Below are positions 21,452-32,337 of a stretch of DNA of 64,000 bases, in pieces. Each line of letters begins with the position of its first letter. The first letter of the stretch is position 1. Source of the DNA: Candidatus Marinacidobacterales bacterium (GTDB lineage Bacteria > Acidobacteriota > Vicinamibacteria > Marinacidobacterales > SMYC01); NCBI GenBank assembly GCA_965224085.1, contig CBDCYI010000004.1:1824001-1888000 (forward strand), in the 5' to 3' direction. Made by a program: the position numbers and the translations under genes. The notes below the pieces were generated by a model. That model had not been told where the DNA came from and ran no database searches. It saw only the letters and a program-made list of their open reading frames with translations.

Positions 21452-22538
21452 GGCGTTGTTGCACCGCTCTTGGCTGAGCGCGAAATCTACCTATGGTGGT
21501 GGCCGAGGTAATGTTCGACCATGAAGTATCCCAAGCGCAGCCAGTACAAACACGCGAAGCAGAAGAAGTACCACGTTTCCAACTGGGCGGAATACAACGA
21601 AGGGCTGCGCCGCCGGGGCGATTTGATGGTCTGGTTTGACGAGGAGGCAATCGCGAACTGGAAGGCCGACAAGAGCGGTAAGCCTGGCGGTCAACGGGTC
21701 TATTCAGAGATGGCGATTGAAACGGGCCTGGTTGTCCGGATGGTGTACAAGCTTGCCTACCGCCAAACCGAAGGCTTCTTGCACTCGATCGCCTCGCTTC
21801 TCGGGCTCGGTATCGAGATCCCGGACTACTCGACGTTGTGTCGGCGGTCGAGGCTGCTCCGCAAGAAGCTGCGGATTGGGAAAGCCGCAAGCAATCAACC
21901 AATCCACCTGATGATCGATAGCACGGGCTTGAGGATTCATGTTGGAACCACCCGCAAACCGCCAAAGCAGCGCGCCTGGCGCAAGTTGCACATCGCCGTT
22001 GATCGCAAGACCGGCAACATTGTTGCGTCCGAACTGACGGCGTCACGAGCTCGCGACGCAACGCGAGTCCCCCCTTTGCTAACACAGATTCAAGCACCTA
22101 TAGCGTCGGTGGCGGCGGACAGTGCATACGACAAGGAAGCGGTCTACGAAGCCATCGAAGCGCACAGCCCTGGACGAAGGACGCGCGTGGTGATTCCGCC
22201 GCAACGAAACGCCACGCTCAGTCAGAATTCGAACACCGCCATGCGGGAACGCGACCGCCATATTCGTGCCATCGAAAGACACGGCCGACGTGAATGGTAC
22301 AAGCTCTCAGGCTGCACCGAGCGAAGCATGGTGGAGAACGCGGTCTATCGTTACAAGGCGATCATGAGGCCCGAGATGCGGGCTCGAACGTTGGCGAGGC
22401 AACGAGTTGAACACCGAATTGGGTGCGAGATACTCAACAAGATGACCGCGCTCGGTATGCCCGATACTTACTGCGCCGGGTGACTCTCCGACCGGCACAG
22501 GGAGGTCAGCGATTTGCTCCGGGCCGTGCAACAACGCC
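21452..22538 (+). mobile_element. IS5-family (IS903 group) element, distinct from copies A/B
   Basis: 13-bp perfect TIR GGCGTTGTTGCAC (21452-21464 / 22526-22538). Confidence 0.9.
21521..22483 (+). CDS. IS5-family transposase
   Basis: NWAEYNEGLRRRG, PDYSTLCRR, IDSTGL, WRKLHI, ADSAYD, RSMVENAVYRYK. Confidence 0.93.
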   Translation: MKYPKRSQYKHAKQKKYHVSNWAEYNEGLRRRGDLMVWFDEEAIANWKADKSGKPGGQRVYSEMAIETGLVVRMVYKLAYRQTEGFLHSIASLLGLGIEIPDYSTLCRRSRLLRKKLRIGKAASNQPIHLMIDSTGLRIHVGTTRKPPKQRAWRKLHIAVDRKTGNIVASELTASRARDATRVPPLLTQIQAPIASVAADSAYDKEAVYEAIEAHSPGRRTRVVIPPQRNATLSQNSNTAMRERDRHIRAIERHGRREWYKLSGCTERSMVENAVYRYKAIMRPEMRARTLARQRVEHRIGCEILNKMTALGMPDTYCAG

Positions 22539-22539
22539 C

Positions 22540-23199
22540 CCGGCACGCGCTCTTGCCGATACTTTCGCTCGAAGCCGAAGAGGCCTATTACGACCTCGTA
22601 CGGGTCGAAGCGGTGAGTCATCTGCCCGAAGACGCTTCGGTGTCGCTTCTACGAGATTCTATCCTCCAGCGAACGGAGCGCGCTAGACGGAACGCCCATC
22701 AGATTCTCCGCGCGGCGTTCATGGGCGAGCCCGGAATGCGCCTCATCTTGAGCAATTTGAACCACCCGGATCGCTATGTACGCTCGAGCGCCATCGAGGC
22801 GCTCGAAGTTCGAGTGGATCCGTCCGCGCTCGGGGGCATTCTGCCGCTGTTCGAGCACGAAAACGCCCGCGTCATCGCCGAGCATGGCGGCTCGCAATTC
22901 GAGCTTCCAATGCGCAGCCGGCGTGAAGTGCTCGCCGAGCTGACGCGCCACCGCTCCCCTGGGTACGCGCCTGCGCCATCTATGTCGTGGGACGGGCGGG
23001 AGACACCAATGATTTAGAGCCGCTCGAAGAGCGCCTCGACGATCCGTATCAGCTCGCGCGGCTCAACGCCATCGAGGCTATCGGCCGCCTAGGCAACCAA
23101 GAAAGCCTGCAACGGCTCGAAACCTTGAGATCCGAGAGCGCGGGAACCGTCAAAATCTATGCGGACGCCGCGATGGACGAAATCCGCGCCCGAATCTAG
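22540..23199 (+). pseudogene. HEAT-repeat protein, C-terminal part (frameshift ~22960)
   Basis: HPDRYVRSSAIEAL, DPYQLARLNAIEAIGRLG; begins at the IS end. Confidence 0.75.
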
Positions 23200-23207
23200 A
23201 TCAGCAT

Positions 23208-23960
23208 TCACGGAGTATCCCGAGAAAGTTGCGACGCCACCGCATGCGTGGCCTTCGCAACTTTCTCGGGATCTCCCAGATAGTAATGCTGGACGGGTTT
23301 CAGATCGTCCTCGAGCTCGTAGACGAGTGGGATACCGGTGGGGATGTTCAGGGCGACAATCTCCTCTTCCGATACGTTGTCGAGATATTTCACGAGGGCC
23401 CTCAAGCTATTCCCGTGGGCCGCAATCAGGATTTGCTTCCCCGCCGCGATATCGGGGGCGATCGTGTCGTTCCAATAAGGCAGGAAGCGGTCGACCGTGT
23501 CTTTCAAGCACTCACCTAGCGGTAATGCGCTCTCTGACAGGCCCGCGTAACGGCGATCGTTGCCGGGGAAGCGATCGTCGTCGCGCTTTATGGCTGGCGG
23601 TTTTCTCGCATAGCTGCGGCGCCAAATTCTGACTTGATCCATTCCGTGCTTTTCTGCGGTCTCGGCTTTGTTGAGACCCTGGAGCGCTCCGTAGTGACGC
23701 TCGTTCAACCGCCAGTTGCGTCGCACCGGGATCCACATGAGATCCATCTCGTCGAGCGCGAGCCAGAGCGTTCGAATGGCGCGCTTGAGAACCGACGTAT
23801 AAGCGATGTCGAATCTATAGCCTTCTTGCTTCAGGACACGTCCTGCCTCGATAGCTTCGGCGATACCCTGCTCGGTCAAATCGACGTCCGTCCACCCGGT
23901 GAACCGGTTCTCTTGGTTCCACACGCTCTGGCCGTGACGAAGAAGAACGAGCTTTTTCAT
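23208..23960 (-). CDS. gpmA: 2,3-bisphosphoglycerate-dependent phosphoglycerate mutase
   Basis: [40 protein letters not shown]. Confidence 0.98.
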   Translation of the reverse strand: MKKLVLLRHGQSVWNQENRFTGWTDVDLTEQGIAEAIEAGRVLKQEGYRFDIAYTSVLKRAIRTLWLALDEMDLMWIPVRRNWRLNERHYGALQGLNKAETAEKHGMDQVRIWRRSYARKPPAIKRDDDRFPGNDRRYAGLSESALPLGECLKDTVDRFLPYWNDTIAPDIAAGKQILIAAHGNSLRALVKYLDNVSEEEIVALNIPTGIPLVYELEDDLKPVQHYYLGDPEKVAKATHAVASQLSRDTP

Positions 23961-24095
23961 CTAAATCGGCAGCTTTTGGTAACTAGATCGCTCTTGCAAA
24001 ATCGCTACATCGGAGACTGGCACTCATGTGGCCTCCGGTCGAACGTTTGTCGGTCGTCCGGAAAGGCAACCCCATCGCTCTTCTTCGGTGGTCAG

Positions 24096-25700
24096 TCAAG
24101 CTGTGGCAGGGGCCGCGGCGCGGACCTCTTCGGAGACGTCGTCGCGGAAGGTCTCGAAGTTCTTATCGAACATCCCGGCGAGCTTGCGCGCTTGGCGATC
24201 GTAAGCTTGCCCATCCGCCCACGTGCCTCGCGGGTCGAGCACTTCGGATGGAACGTTTGGACAGGAGCGCGGCACATGGACGCCGAAAATCGGATGCTCC
24301 GCCGTCTCGACTTCGTCGAGGGCTCCGCTCAACGCCGCTCGCACCATGGCGCGGGTGTGACTTAGTTTCATCCGCTCGCCTTCGCCGTAAGCCCCGCCGG
24401 TCCAACCCGTGTTGACGAGCCAGACGCTCACGGCGTTCCTCTCGATGTTCTCGCCGAGCATTTTGGCGTAGACCGCCGGCTTGCGCGACATGAACGGCGC
24501 GCCGAAACACGCGCTGAAGGTCGCCTGCGGCTCGGTCACCCCGCGCTCGGTTCCAGCCACTTTGGCCGTGTAGCCCGAGAGGAAGTGATACATCGCCTGC
24601 CCGGGCGTGAGCTTCGCGATCGGCGGCAGGACGCCGAAAGCGTCAGCAGTGAGCATCAAGACTTGTTTGGGCGGTCCGCCCGAGCCAGACCGAGCGGTGT
24701 TCGGGATATGGCTAATCGGGTAGGACGCGCGCGTATTCTCAGTAAAGACGTCGCTGTCGAGGTCGAGCCGCCGGGACGTCGAATCGATGACGACGTTCTC
24801 GAGGATCGTACCGAACATGCGCGTCGTCTCGTAAATCTCGGGCTCGCCTACCTGGGAGAGTCTGATGACCTTCGCATAGCAGCCGCCCTCGAAGTTGAAA
24901 ACGCCCTTATCACTCCATCCATGCTCGTCGTCACCAATCAAGGTCCGTTCCGGATCGGCGGAGAGCGTCGTCTTGCCGGTACCCGAAAGTCCAAAGAAAA
25001 TCGCGAGATCGTTCTCGTCCGCGCCGTAATTCGCCGAGCAGTGCATCGGGAGCACGTTTTTCGGCGGCAGCAGATAGGTCATGACGGTCAGGATAGATTT
25101 CTTGATCTCTCCGGCGTAATCGGTGCCGCCGATGATCACTTCGCGGCTCTTGAAGCTCAAAACGACGAACACTTCCGAGCGCGTCCCGTCTTGCTCGGGA
25201 ACGGCGTGGAAAAGCGGCGCGTCGATCACGGTGAACTCGGGGACGTGATTCGCGAGCTTCGCGGGATGGTGCTCGCGGATGAACATGTTGCGGGCGAAAA
25301 GATTGTGCCACGCACGCGTGTTCACGACGCGGATCGGGATCTGATAGTCCGGGTGGGCGCCGGCGTAGCAATCCTGGACGAAGAGGTCCCGGCCCTGGAG
25401 GTAGGCCGTCAGGCGCGCTTTGAGCCTCTCGAAGTTCTCGGGCTCGAACGGCTTGGCCGCATCCCACCAAATCTCTTTCTCGCTTCCGGGCTCGCGTACG
25501 ATGTATTTGTCGTTGGGCGAGCGGCCCGTGTACTGACCCGTTTGAACCACGAGCGGGCCGCGATGGGCGACGAGACCCTCGCGTCTCTGGACGGCGTGCT
25601 CGTAGAGCGCCGGAGTCGAAAGGTTCCACCAAACTGCATTCGCATTGACGATTCCGTGATTCTCGAGACTATGATGGCTCCGGGATTCTCCGTATTTCAT
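24096..25700 (-). CDS. pckA: Phosphoenolpyruvate carboxykinase (ATP)
   Basis: [45 protein letters not shown]; RBS gggag before ATG 25700. Confidence 0.98.
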   Translation of the reverse strand: MKYGESRSHHSLENHGIVNANAVWWNLSTPALYEHAVQRREGLVAHRGPLVVQTGQYTGRSPNDKYIVREPGSEKEIWWDAAKPFEPENFERLKARLTAYLQGRDLFVQDCYAGAHPDYQIPIRVVNTRAWHNLFARNMFIREHHPAKLANHVPEFTVIDAPLFHAVPEQDGTRSEVFVVLSFKSREVIIGGTDYAGEIKKSILTVMTYLLPPKNVLPMHCSANYGADENDLAIFFGLSGTGKTTLSADPERTLIGDDEHGWSDKGVFNFEGGCYAKVIRLSQVGEPEIYETTRMFGTILENVVIDSTSRRLDLDSDVFTENTRASYPISHIPNTARSGSGGPPKQVLMLTADAFGVLPPIAKLTPGQAMYHFLSGYTAKVAGTERGVTEPQATFSACFGAPFMSRKPAVYAKMLGENIERNAVSVWLVNTGWTGGAYGEGERMKLSHTRAMVRAALSGALDEVETAEHPIFGVHVPRSCPNVPSEVLDPRGTWADGQAYDRQARKLAGMFDKNFETFRDDVSEEVRAAAPATA

Positions 25701-25898
25701 ATTGGTGATTCTCCCTCGATTTCGATGCTCGTTCGCAGGCACTAGAGGCCAACGAAAACCGCCAGAACGTGACAATCTACACTAGATCCGAGACCAGCAC
25801 CAAGCATATCGGCACAGAGTTCGCCAAGAATAGTGAATCCCTTGTGGCTGACGCCGCAGAGTATCGAGTACGAGCGGGATTCTCCCCGCAGACCGCGC

Positions 25899-27560
25899 TC
25901 AACGCATCGGGAAAGCGAACATCTCCGGGTTCTCGCGTTCGATACCGACGAGCTCGTAACGGGAACCGTTCTTGCGGAGGTAGACGGAAACGGCAGTGTT
26001 CCAGTAAAGATTCTCGTCGTTGAGCGAATGGATCTCGGCGCGGAGAAATTCGCTTCCGCTCTCTGGAAGCTCGAGTCTCGGCTCACGCGATGTGACTGGC
26101 TCGCTCAATCGTTGATGCTCACCGAAACGGTTGTCGAAGCTAGACCACGACATCTGATACCGCGTCTCCGCGTCGACGAAACCATATTGCTCGGACAAGT
26201 TGGTGAAGTCGAGCCAGCCCCCTTCGATGCGGAACTCGGCAATCGGGTTCATCACGTTGATGCCGAAGCGGCCGCATTTTTGCTGGCGCTCGACCAGCAC
26301 ATCCACGAGATAGGGACCATGGTCTGGATTGCTGAACGCTCCCGTTTCGACAATGGCTTCTAGCTCTACGCGGGTGAAGCGCATGAGGATCTTGGCCGCC
26401 CAGAACGCGTCGCGCGCGGTCATGCGCATGAAAGCCGGGTTCGGGTAGTCGTTGCGCCAAGCCACGCAATCGAAGAGCTCGCTCTCGATTCGCCCGATCG
26501 CTTCGTATTCCGGATAGGGGGGCCACTTTGCGCGCCGGTATTCCGGCACGCGGAAGCCGAAGCCGAGCATGTTTCGCTTCGCGTCTCGGAAGTCGAGCGT
26601 GTACGTAAAGGTGAGGGGCGCGCCTTGCATGTCGACCGAGCCGCTTCCCAGCGTCGAGCCAAAATCCAGCATGAAGTGTCGAACGTGGTGTTGGCCATTC
26701 TCTTCGACCCAGGCATCCTGCGTGTTCTGCGCGCGGGTGTCGTCGTGATTGAGCCAGGCAGCGAAGAGCCTCAACCCTCGTAGCTCGCGGCGGTCTTCGT
26801 GCGGGATCACGTCGTTCGGATCGTCGCTGCGTGTCTCGTAATAACGGAACGGCCCGATGGGGATTCCGGGGAGATATTTACTAGCCGTCACGCGCATCGT
26901 GCCGTCCGGAAGCAGCGGCACGAGACGGATGGTACGGCGGAAACGAAAATCCGTGAGCGGCATCTTGTCGCCATAGGTGTCCTCGACCTCGGTGCCGGGC
27001 TCGATCACGAAACGCTCGGGGTGGGCGTGCACGATATAGTTCTCCGGAGCGTGATAGCCGAGCGCGTAGAAGATCTTTGTCGCGATCGTTTCCGCCGCGG
27101 AGGCGATCTCCGGGATCTCGATGGGATCGAGCTTGATCACGTAGCGCTCGTCCTGCTCGTCGTAAATTTGAAAGCCAGGGGTGAGACCCTGACTCTTGCT
27201 CCGGAACACCGTCCACGTTTCTTCCGGATCGGGACCGGACCCGCGATTGGAACCGCGTACGAGCTCTTCGATGCTCATGCGCTCGAACCCGTGCCGGTTC
27301 GTGAACCAGCTGCTATTCGGCACTTCGTCGAGCGTGTTGACGTTCGTCGCCTCGCTTCCGATGGGAGAGGCTCCAAAGTCGTGAAACATGTGGCCGAAGC
27401 GGTCATACATGTCGGACAGGTCGATCTCTTCTGGCTTTTCGGGAACGTCGAGCTTGTCGTTGTCCGCGAAGAGAGGATCGTACGGATAAAACTTCTGCGC
27501 TTTGAGCGACGAGCTCAAGAAACTCATGACCATCAACGAGAACAAGATTCGTCGATGCAT
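25899..27560 (-). CDS. Exported protein with atypical (HipA/CotH/PI3-4K-like) kinase-fold motifs
   Basis: Signal peptide MHRRILFSLMVMSFLSSSLKA; KSQGLTPGF, YVIKLD, AAETIA, WLNHDDTRAQN, LDFGSTLG. Confidence 0.65.
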   Translation of the reverse strand: MHRRILFSLMVMSFLSSSLKAQKFYPYDPLFADNDKLDVPEKPEEIDLSDMYDRFGHMFHDFGASPIGSEATNVNTLDEVPNSSWFTNRHGFERMSIEELVRGSNRGSGPDPEETWTVFRSKSQGLTPGFQIYDEQDERYVIKLDPIEIPEIASAAETIATKIFYALGYHAPENYIVHAHPERFVIEPGTEVEDTYGDKMPLTDFRFRRTIRLVPLLPDGTMRVTASKYLPGIPIGPFRYYETRSDDPNDVIPHEDRRELRGLRLFAAWLNHDDTRAQNTQDAWVEENGQHHVRHFMLDFGSTLGSGSVDMQGAPLTFTYTLDFRDAKRNMLGFGFRVPEYRRAKWPPYPEYEAIGRIESELFDCVAWRNDYPNPAFMRMTARDAFWAAKILMRFTRVELEAIVETGAFSNPDHGPYLVDVLVERQQKCGRFGINVMNPIAEFRIEGGWLDFTNLSEQYGFVDAETRYQMSWSSFDNRFGEHQRLSEPVTSREPRLELPESGSEFLRAEIHSLNDENLYWNTAVSVYLRKNGSRYELVGIERENPEMFAFPMR

Positions 27561-27564
27561 GGGT

Positions 27565-28799
27565 CTAGAACGCGGGTCCAGCACTGATGTGAAACTTGAA
27601 GCCTTCGGTGCTGTTCGCGAAATCCATCCGAAGGGTAATGCCGCCCGGCGCGTGGGTGCGGATACCAAAACCGTAGCCGGTATGCATGCGATCGAAATTG
27701 AAATCGCTCTTATCGGCGAACACTTTCCCCGCATCGAGAAAGACCGTAAAGTCCACAAAAGGCATGACCTCCCACCTATACTCCGCCGCGACATAAAGAT
27801 TGCGCGTATCCCGAAAACGCCATTCACGAAAGCCCCGGACGGTCGTGGCGCCGCCAAGCGTCTCCATCAAGTAGAACGGAACTTCTTTTCCGCTATCGGC
27901 TATGGAGTGCGAAGTGTAGAAGCGCAGCGCCAGGACGCGGCTTCTGGGTCCGAGGGGGATATAGCCTTTGACATCCGCTATGACCCGCGTGAAGTCGTGT
28001 TGGCTCAAATCGGTATCCTCGTAGCGCTCACCGGTGACGCGGGCCACGACGCCCACGGCGGGATCCGACCATTTGTCCCGCAGGTCGAACTCAGCCCATC
28101 CGCCAGTGACAAGGAAATCGGTCCGCGGGTTCATGAAGCCGGGCACTCTCCCCGGATCGAAGACGTCTTCGATGGAACTCTCCGCGTCGCCCGAATCGGT
28201 CCTCGCCGAGAGCCATCCGCCTTGAGCGCCGAGAGAGAGAAGCCCGCGAGGGTTGAGCCAGAAATAACCCATCGCCCTCTGGTCGTTGAGCAGATAAGTC
28301 GAGCGATCTTCGACCCTCGAGTCGTTCCCGAGGCCGTAGAAGCGCAGCGACGTCAAGTCACGATACTCGCCTCGGAATTTAACCTCGACGCGCCGGCCGA
28401 TTTGCGGAGGCGGGAAGACGACTTCCGCGTCCGCGGTCGTGTAGCCGCGGGTCGAGTAACGGCCGTTGGCCTGGAACTGAACGTATTGGGACTCGAGGCC
28501 GTGGATATAGCCGCCGCCGAGCGCGAAGCCCGAGCCCGAGGGCATACCGCCGAAGACTGGACGAAAGCCATGCCAGCCTTTGACGAGCCAATTTTGTGGG
28601 AACTTCGCTTTCTCCCAATTCCGAGCGCGTTTCTCGGCGCCCGAAACTTCATAGGGCTCGAGATTTGCCGCTTTCTCGCGCCTCTGCTTTTCAGGATTTC
28701 CTGACGGCTCACAGGCTGTGGTTCTTGTTCTTCCTCCTCCTGAGCCAACGCGACGATGGACGACGCCGTCAAAAAGAACGTCATCATGACAAGACGCAT
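27565..28799 (-). CDS. Omp85/BamA-TamA family outer-membrane beta-barrel (frameshift ~28695 after signal peptide)
   Basis: LGGATTVRGF..RFRD (VRGF lid motif), AEYRW, VFLDAGKV, GYGFGIR, terminal Phe; no clear POTRA domains. Confidence 0.88.
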
Positions 28800-28864
28800 C
28801 AAGGTTTCTTCCTTTCAACTTCAACAGATATTAGCGCGACGATCCACGCAAAGGAATCGAGACG

Positions 28865-31046
28865 TCAGTGTCTTCGGCGGCGCGTCCCGCTTCGAGCGCC
28901 TCCGCCCGCTCGCCAGTTCTGATAGCCCTGAGCGCGCGCCGCACCGGTCGCGCGTCCTTGGAAGTCGCGGTTCAATTGGTTCATCGTGCTCCTGTCGACG
29001 TTGCGGTTCGCGGGCGCTTGGCGTTGTCGCTCCGCCTGCGACCAGGATCCGTTGTCGTATTTCTGCCAGCCACCTTCCGAGCGGCGATAGACATTGCCGT
29101 CTTTGCCGGCATAGACATTGCCTTGATTGCGAACGATCGCACCGGAGTTTCCCGAGGACGTTTGATAGCCGGCGATACCGCGGCTCGGCGTCGCAGCCCG
29201 CGCCGTTCTCGCCCAGTCGTCGCCCTGGCGTACGGCCGAGCTTCCCCAGCGGGCGTATGGGCTTGCTCCTTGGCGTGTTTGTGCATAGGTCCCGGTGCGG
29301 GGATTGTAGGCCTCGGCGAATCCGCGCGCTTGATAGGGCCCCCAAGCCGAGGCGCCGCGGGCATAACTCCCCGTCCTCGGGTTATAGGCCGCGCTCCGGC
29401 CCATACCGCCATAAGGGCCATAGGCGCGCGCCGCCCGACCATAAGTTCCAGTATACGGGTTGTAGAAGGCGGCGACGCCATAGGTGTGCGGGTACGGATA
29501 GTAAATCGGATAGATACCTCCGCCGTAATAATAAGGTGGGTAGTAAAAGCCGGTCCCGAAAGCGACCGAGCCCCAAGAGTAATAAACGCCGACATACCCC
29601 GCTGTATAGCCGAAGGTTACATGGGTAGAGGTCTGGTCGTAGACACTGACATAGCTCGTGTGATGGACGGGTGAGCTCGGCGGGATCGTTTGGACCTCGT
29701 CGGGGATCTCGTCCGCCACTACCCATCCCCCGGACGGCGAGGTCGAGACGAACCAAACACCTTCGAAACACAAATAGTAACGTTCGTCGATGCGCAGCAC
29801 GTCGCGTCCCGTATTGACCGCATGGGCCATCGTCGTGCTCGTCGTAGTATTGATGGGCTCGAACTGAGGCTCGCCCTGATACGACACGACCGGGGGTGTT
29901 ACCGCGTCTCGCGCCACAATTGCCTTCTGAGGGATCTGGGCGAGCAAGATCGCTTCGTCCGCCTGAGGCGTGCCTGGCACGGAAGGTAGGACACGGGCGC
30001 GGGGGTGGCTTTCGGGAATGTTCTCGAAATCCTCCGGAAGGTCTTCGGAGGCGAACGTCCAAGCGCCACCGTCGAGCGAAGGCGTTCGGAACCAGCGGCC
30101 CGCGACCAAGTAATAGTAGTGCTCGTCGCCCTGATGGAATAGAAGGTCGCTCTCCGTATTCATCACCCAGAGAATCTCTGTCTCGGGCACCAAGCCCATG
30201 TCGGGCTCGCCATCGATGAGGATCAGCTCGGAGGGCTCCTGGCTCACGTAAACGATGGGCACGTCCGCCGATGCGATGACTCGCCCGGGAACGTTCTCGC
30301 GCACGCTTTTCCAGTTGTCGTCATCGGGCAGCTCGCTGAGCGCTTCGGGGAGCGACGCCGCGGGCGACCACGAGCTCTTCAAGCTCGACGCGCCGAGCCA
30401 GCCGTCTTCGTCGAGCAAGTAGTAGCGGCCATCCGTCGGATCGACGAAAAGATCCCAATTCGTGTTGACGACGAAGCGCAAGTCGAGCTCTCGGACGGGC
30501 GCTTCCACCGGCTCGCCGTCGATCATCACGAGGATCGCGGGGCGCCGGCTGACGAAGATCTTGGGCGGCTCCTTCGAAAGCGCCACCGCGGCGAGCTGCA
30601 CCTCGCCGCGATCGAGATTCGCGAGCACGCGGTCGAGCGAGACGATGACCCCGTCGGCTGGAAAGTGCGATTCGACTTCGGTGCGAAGCTCGATGGACGT
30701 CTTCGACGACCCCGGCGGCAAGGACGGGAAGCTCGCTTTCAAAATCTCGAAACGCGTGATGCGCACCTTCCGGTTGTCGAGGTCGACCTCCGTGTCCGCG
30801 GCAAGCTCGAAGGCTCCGAAGACCGGCGGAGCACTCGCAGACGCAGAGTAGGCCAGAGCGAGCCGCGCCCCCACTCGAGTCTGATCGTCCCAGCTCTCGA
30901 TTTGCGGCTGATAGAGAACGATGCTTCGCGCCGTTATCGCCAGGAAATTCCCGAGGCCAGCTGAGCTCCTGAATCGGCTCGGCAATTTGAGTGGGCTGAG
31001 TGGGCTGTACCGCAAGCAGGACGAGAGGGAAAAAAAGGCGTGTCAT
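28865..31046 (-). CDS. Large exported hypothetical protein with Tyr/Gly-rich C-terminal repeats (frameshift ~30925)
   Basis: Signal peptide MTRLFFPLVLLAV..SWPREF joins IVLYQPQIESW; VVNTNWDLF / VMNTESDLL internal repeats; YNPxTGxY three times. Confidence 0.75.
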
Positions 31047-31250
31047 GAGCTTTCCGATCTCAGCTGCGATTCAATTCTTTTACCCATGTTTCACATCTCC
31101 TTTTTTGCGTAATGGGCGTACTGTGCGCTCGTGTCGTCAGAGTGTGAGGAATCGTCACCGACTCGCAGCGTCGAGCTCCGCGATGAGGCGCTCGAGAGAA
31201 GGGTCGCCGGGACGGAGCTTCAGAAGCCGGCGTCCGTAGCGGCTCGCCTC

Positions 31251-32337
31251 TGCCTTGGTGCACAACTCGCGATCTCGGTCCACAATTGTCCTTTACTCAC
31301 GGATTCGAGGTTCCCCATGAGCATTTTCAAACGCACTCAGCGGAAGTATGTGAAGAAGGCCTATCGCGTGAGGAATTGGCGTGAATATGAGGCGGGTCTA
31401 CGCAACCGTGGGAGCCTGACCGTCTGGATCTCGCTCACCGCCGGCAAGCTTGTGAACTGGGACGCGCCCCGGCCGAGGAGGAGGAAACCGGGCCGTCAAC
31501 GCAAGTAGTCGAACCACGCCATCGAGACGGCTGTCACCCTGGGCATGGTGTTTCATCTGTCATCTAGACAGAGCGAGGGATTGCTGCGATCGTTGTTCGC
31601 TCTGATGAAGCTAGACAATGATGTGCCCGATCACACCACGATCTCGAGGCGCAAGGCGAAGCTGGGTAAGGTCCCCTTCTACCAAGACAAGCAGAAGACG
31701 CCGTTGCACATCTTGATCGACAGCAGCGGTCTCGCTGTCCACGCCGGCCAGCTGCGCAGAGCACCAAATAGCAGGGACTATCGCAAGCTCCATCTGTGTG
31801 TCGACGAGCAGACTGGCGAAGTCGTCGCCGGCGAGCTGACGAGCAAAAGAGCCCGCGATTCATCGCGGGTTGCATCGCTTGTCAGACAGAGCGACAGTCC
31901 CATCTCATCGGCCAGAGCTGACACCGCATACGACGCCAGCGGCGTCTATGAGGCAATCGAGAATCACAGCGCTCATCGCTCGCCGAGGGTGCTGATACCG
32001 CCGCGCAAGGGCGCCCTGCTCGCATCGGGGCCGGCGAGCAGCCGACAGCGCAATCGCAACATTGCAGCACAAGCTCGGCTCGGCAAACGAAAGTGGCACA
32101 CAGAATCGGGCTACAGCAAACGGAGCAAAGTCGAGACAACGTTCCATCGCTACAAGGCTATCGTGGGCTCAGCGATGCGAGCGAGAGGGTTGGCGGCACA
32201 GAGAGTCGAGGCAAGGATCGGGTGCAAGATTCTCAACACCATGACGGCGCTCGGGATGCCTGATAGCGAGATGATCGGATGATGGGAGTCGGGGCCAAGC
32301 GAGCTCTCGGCCTCTATCGGAGTTGTGCACCAAGGCA
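31251..32337 (+). mobile_element. IS5-family (IS903 group) element, copy B
   Basis: Same 18-bp TIRs as copy A (31251-31268 / 32320-32337), inverted orientation. Confidence 0.95.
31317..32282 (+). pseudogene. IS5 transposase with premature TAG
   Basis: TAC(Tyr) of copy A is TAG at 31506-31508. Confidence 0.9.

Noticed and set aside
31506-31508. Amber recoding (pyrrolysine/readthrough) in IS5 copy B
   Set aside because: Sister copy has TAC; simple nonsense change or base error, and TAG is used as a normal stop elsewhere
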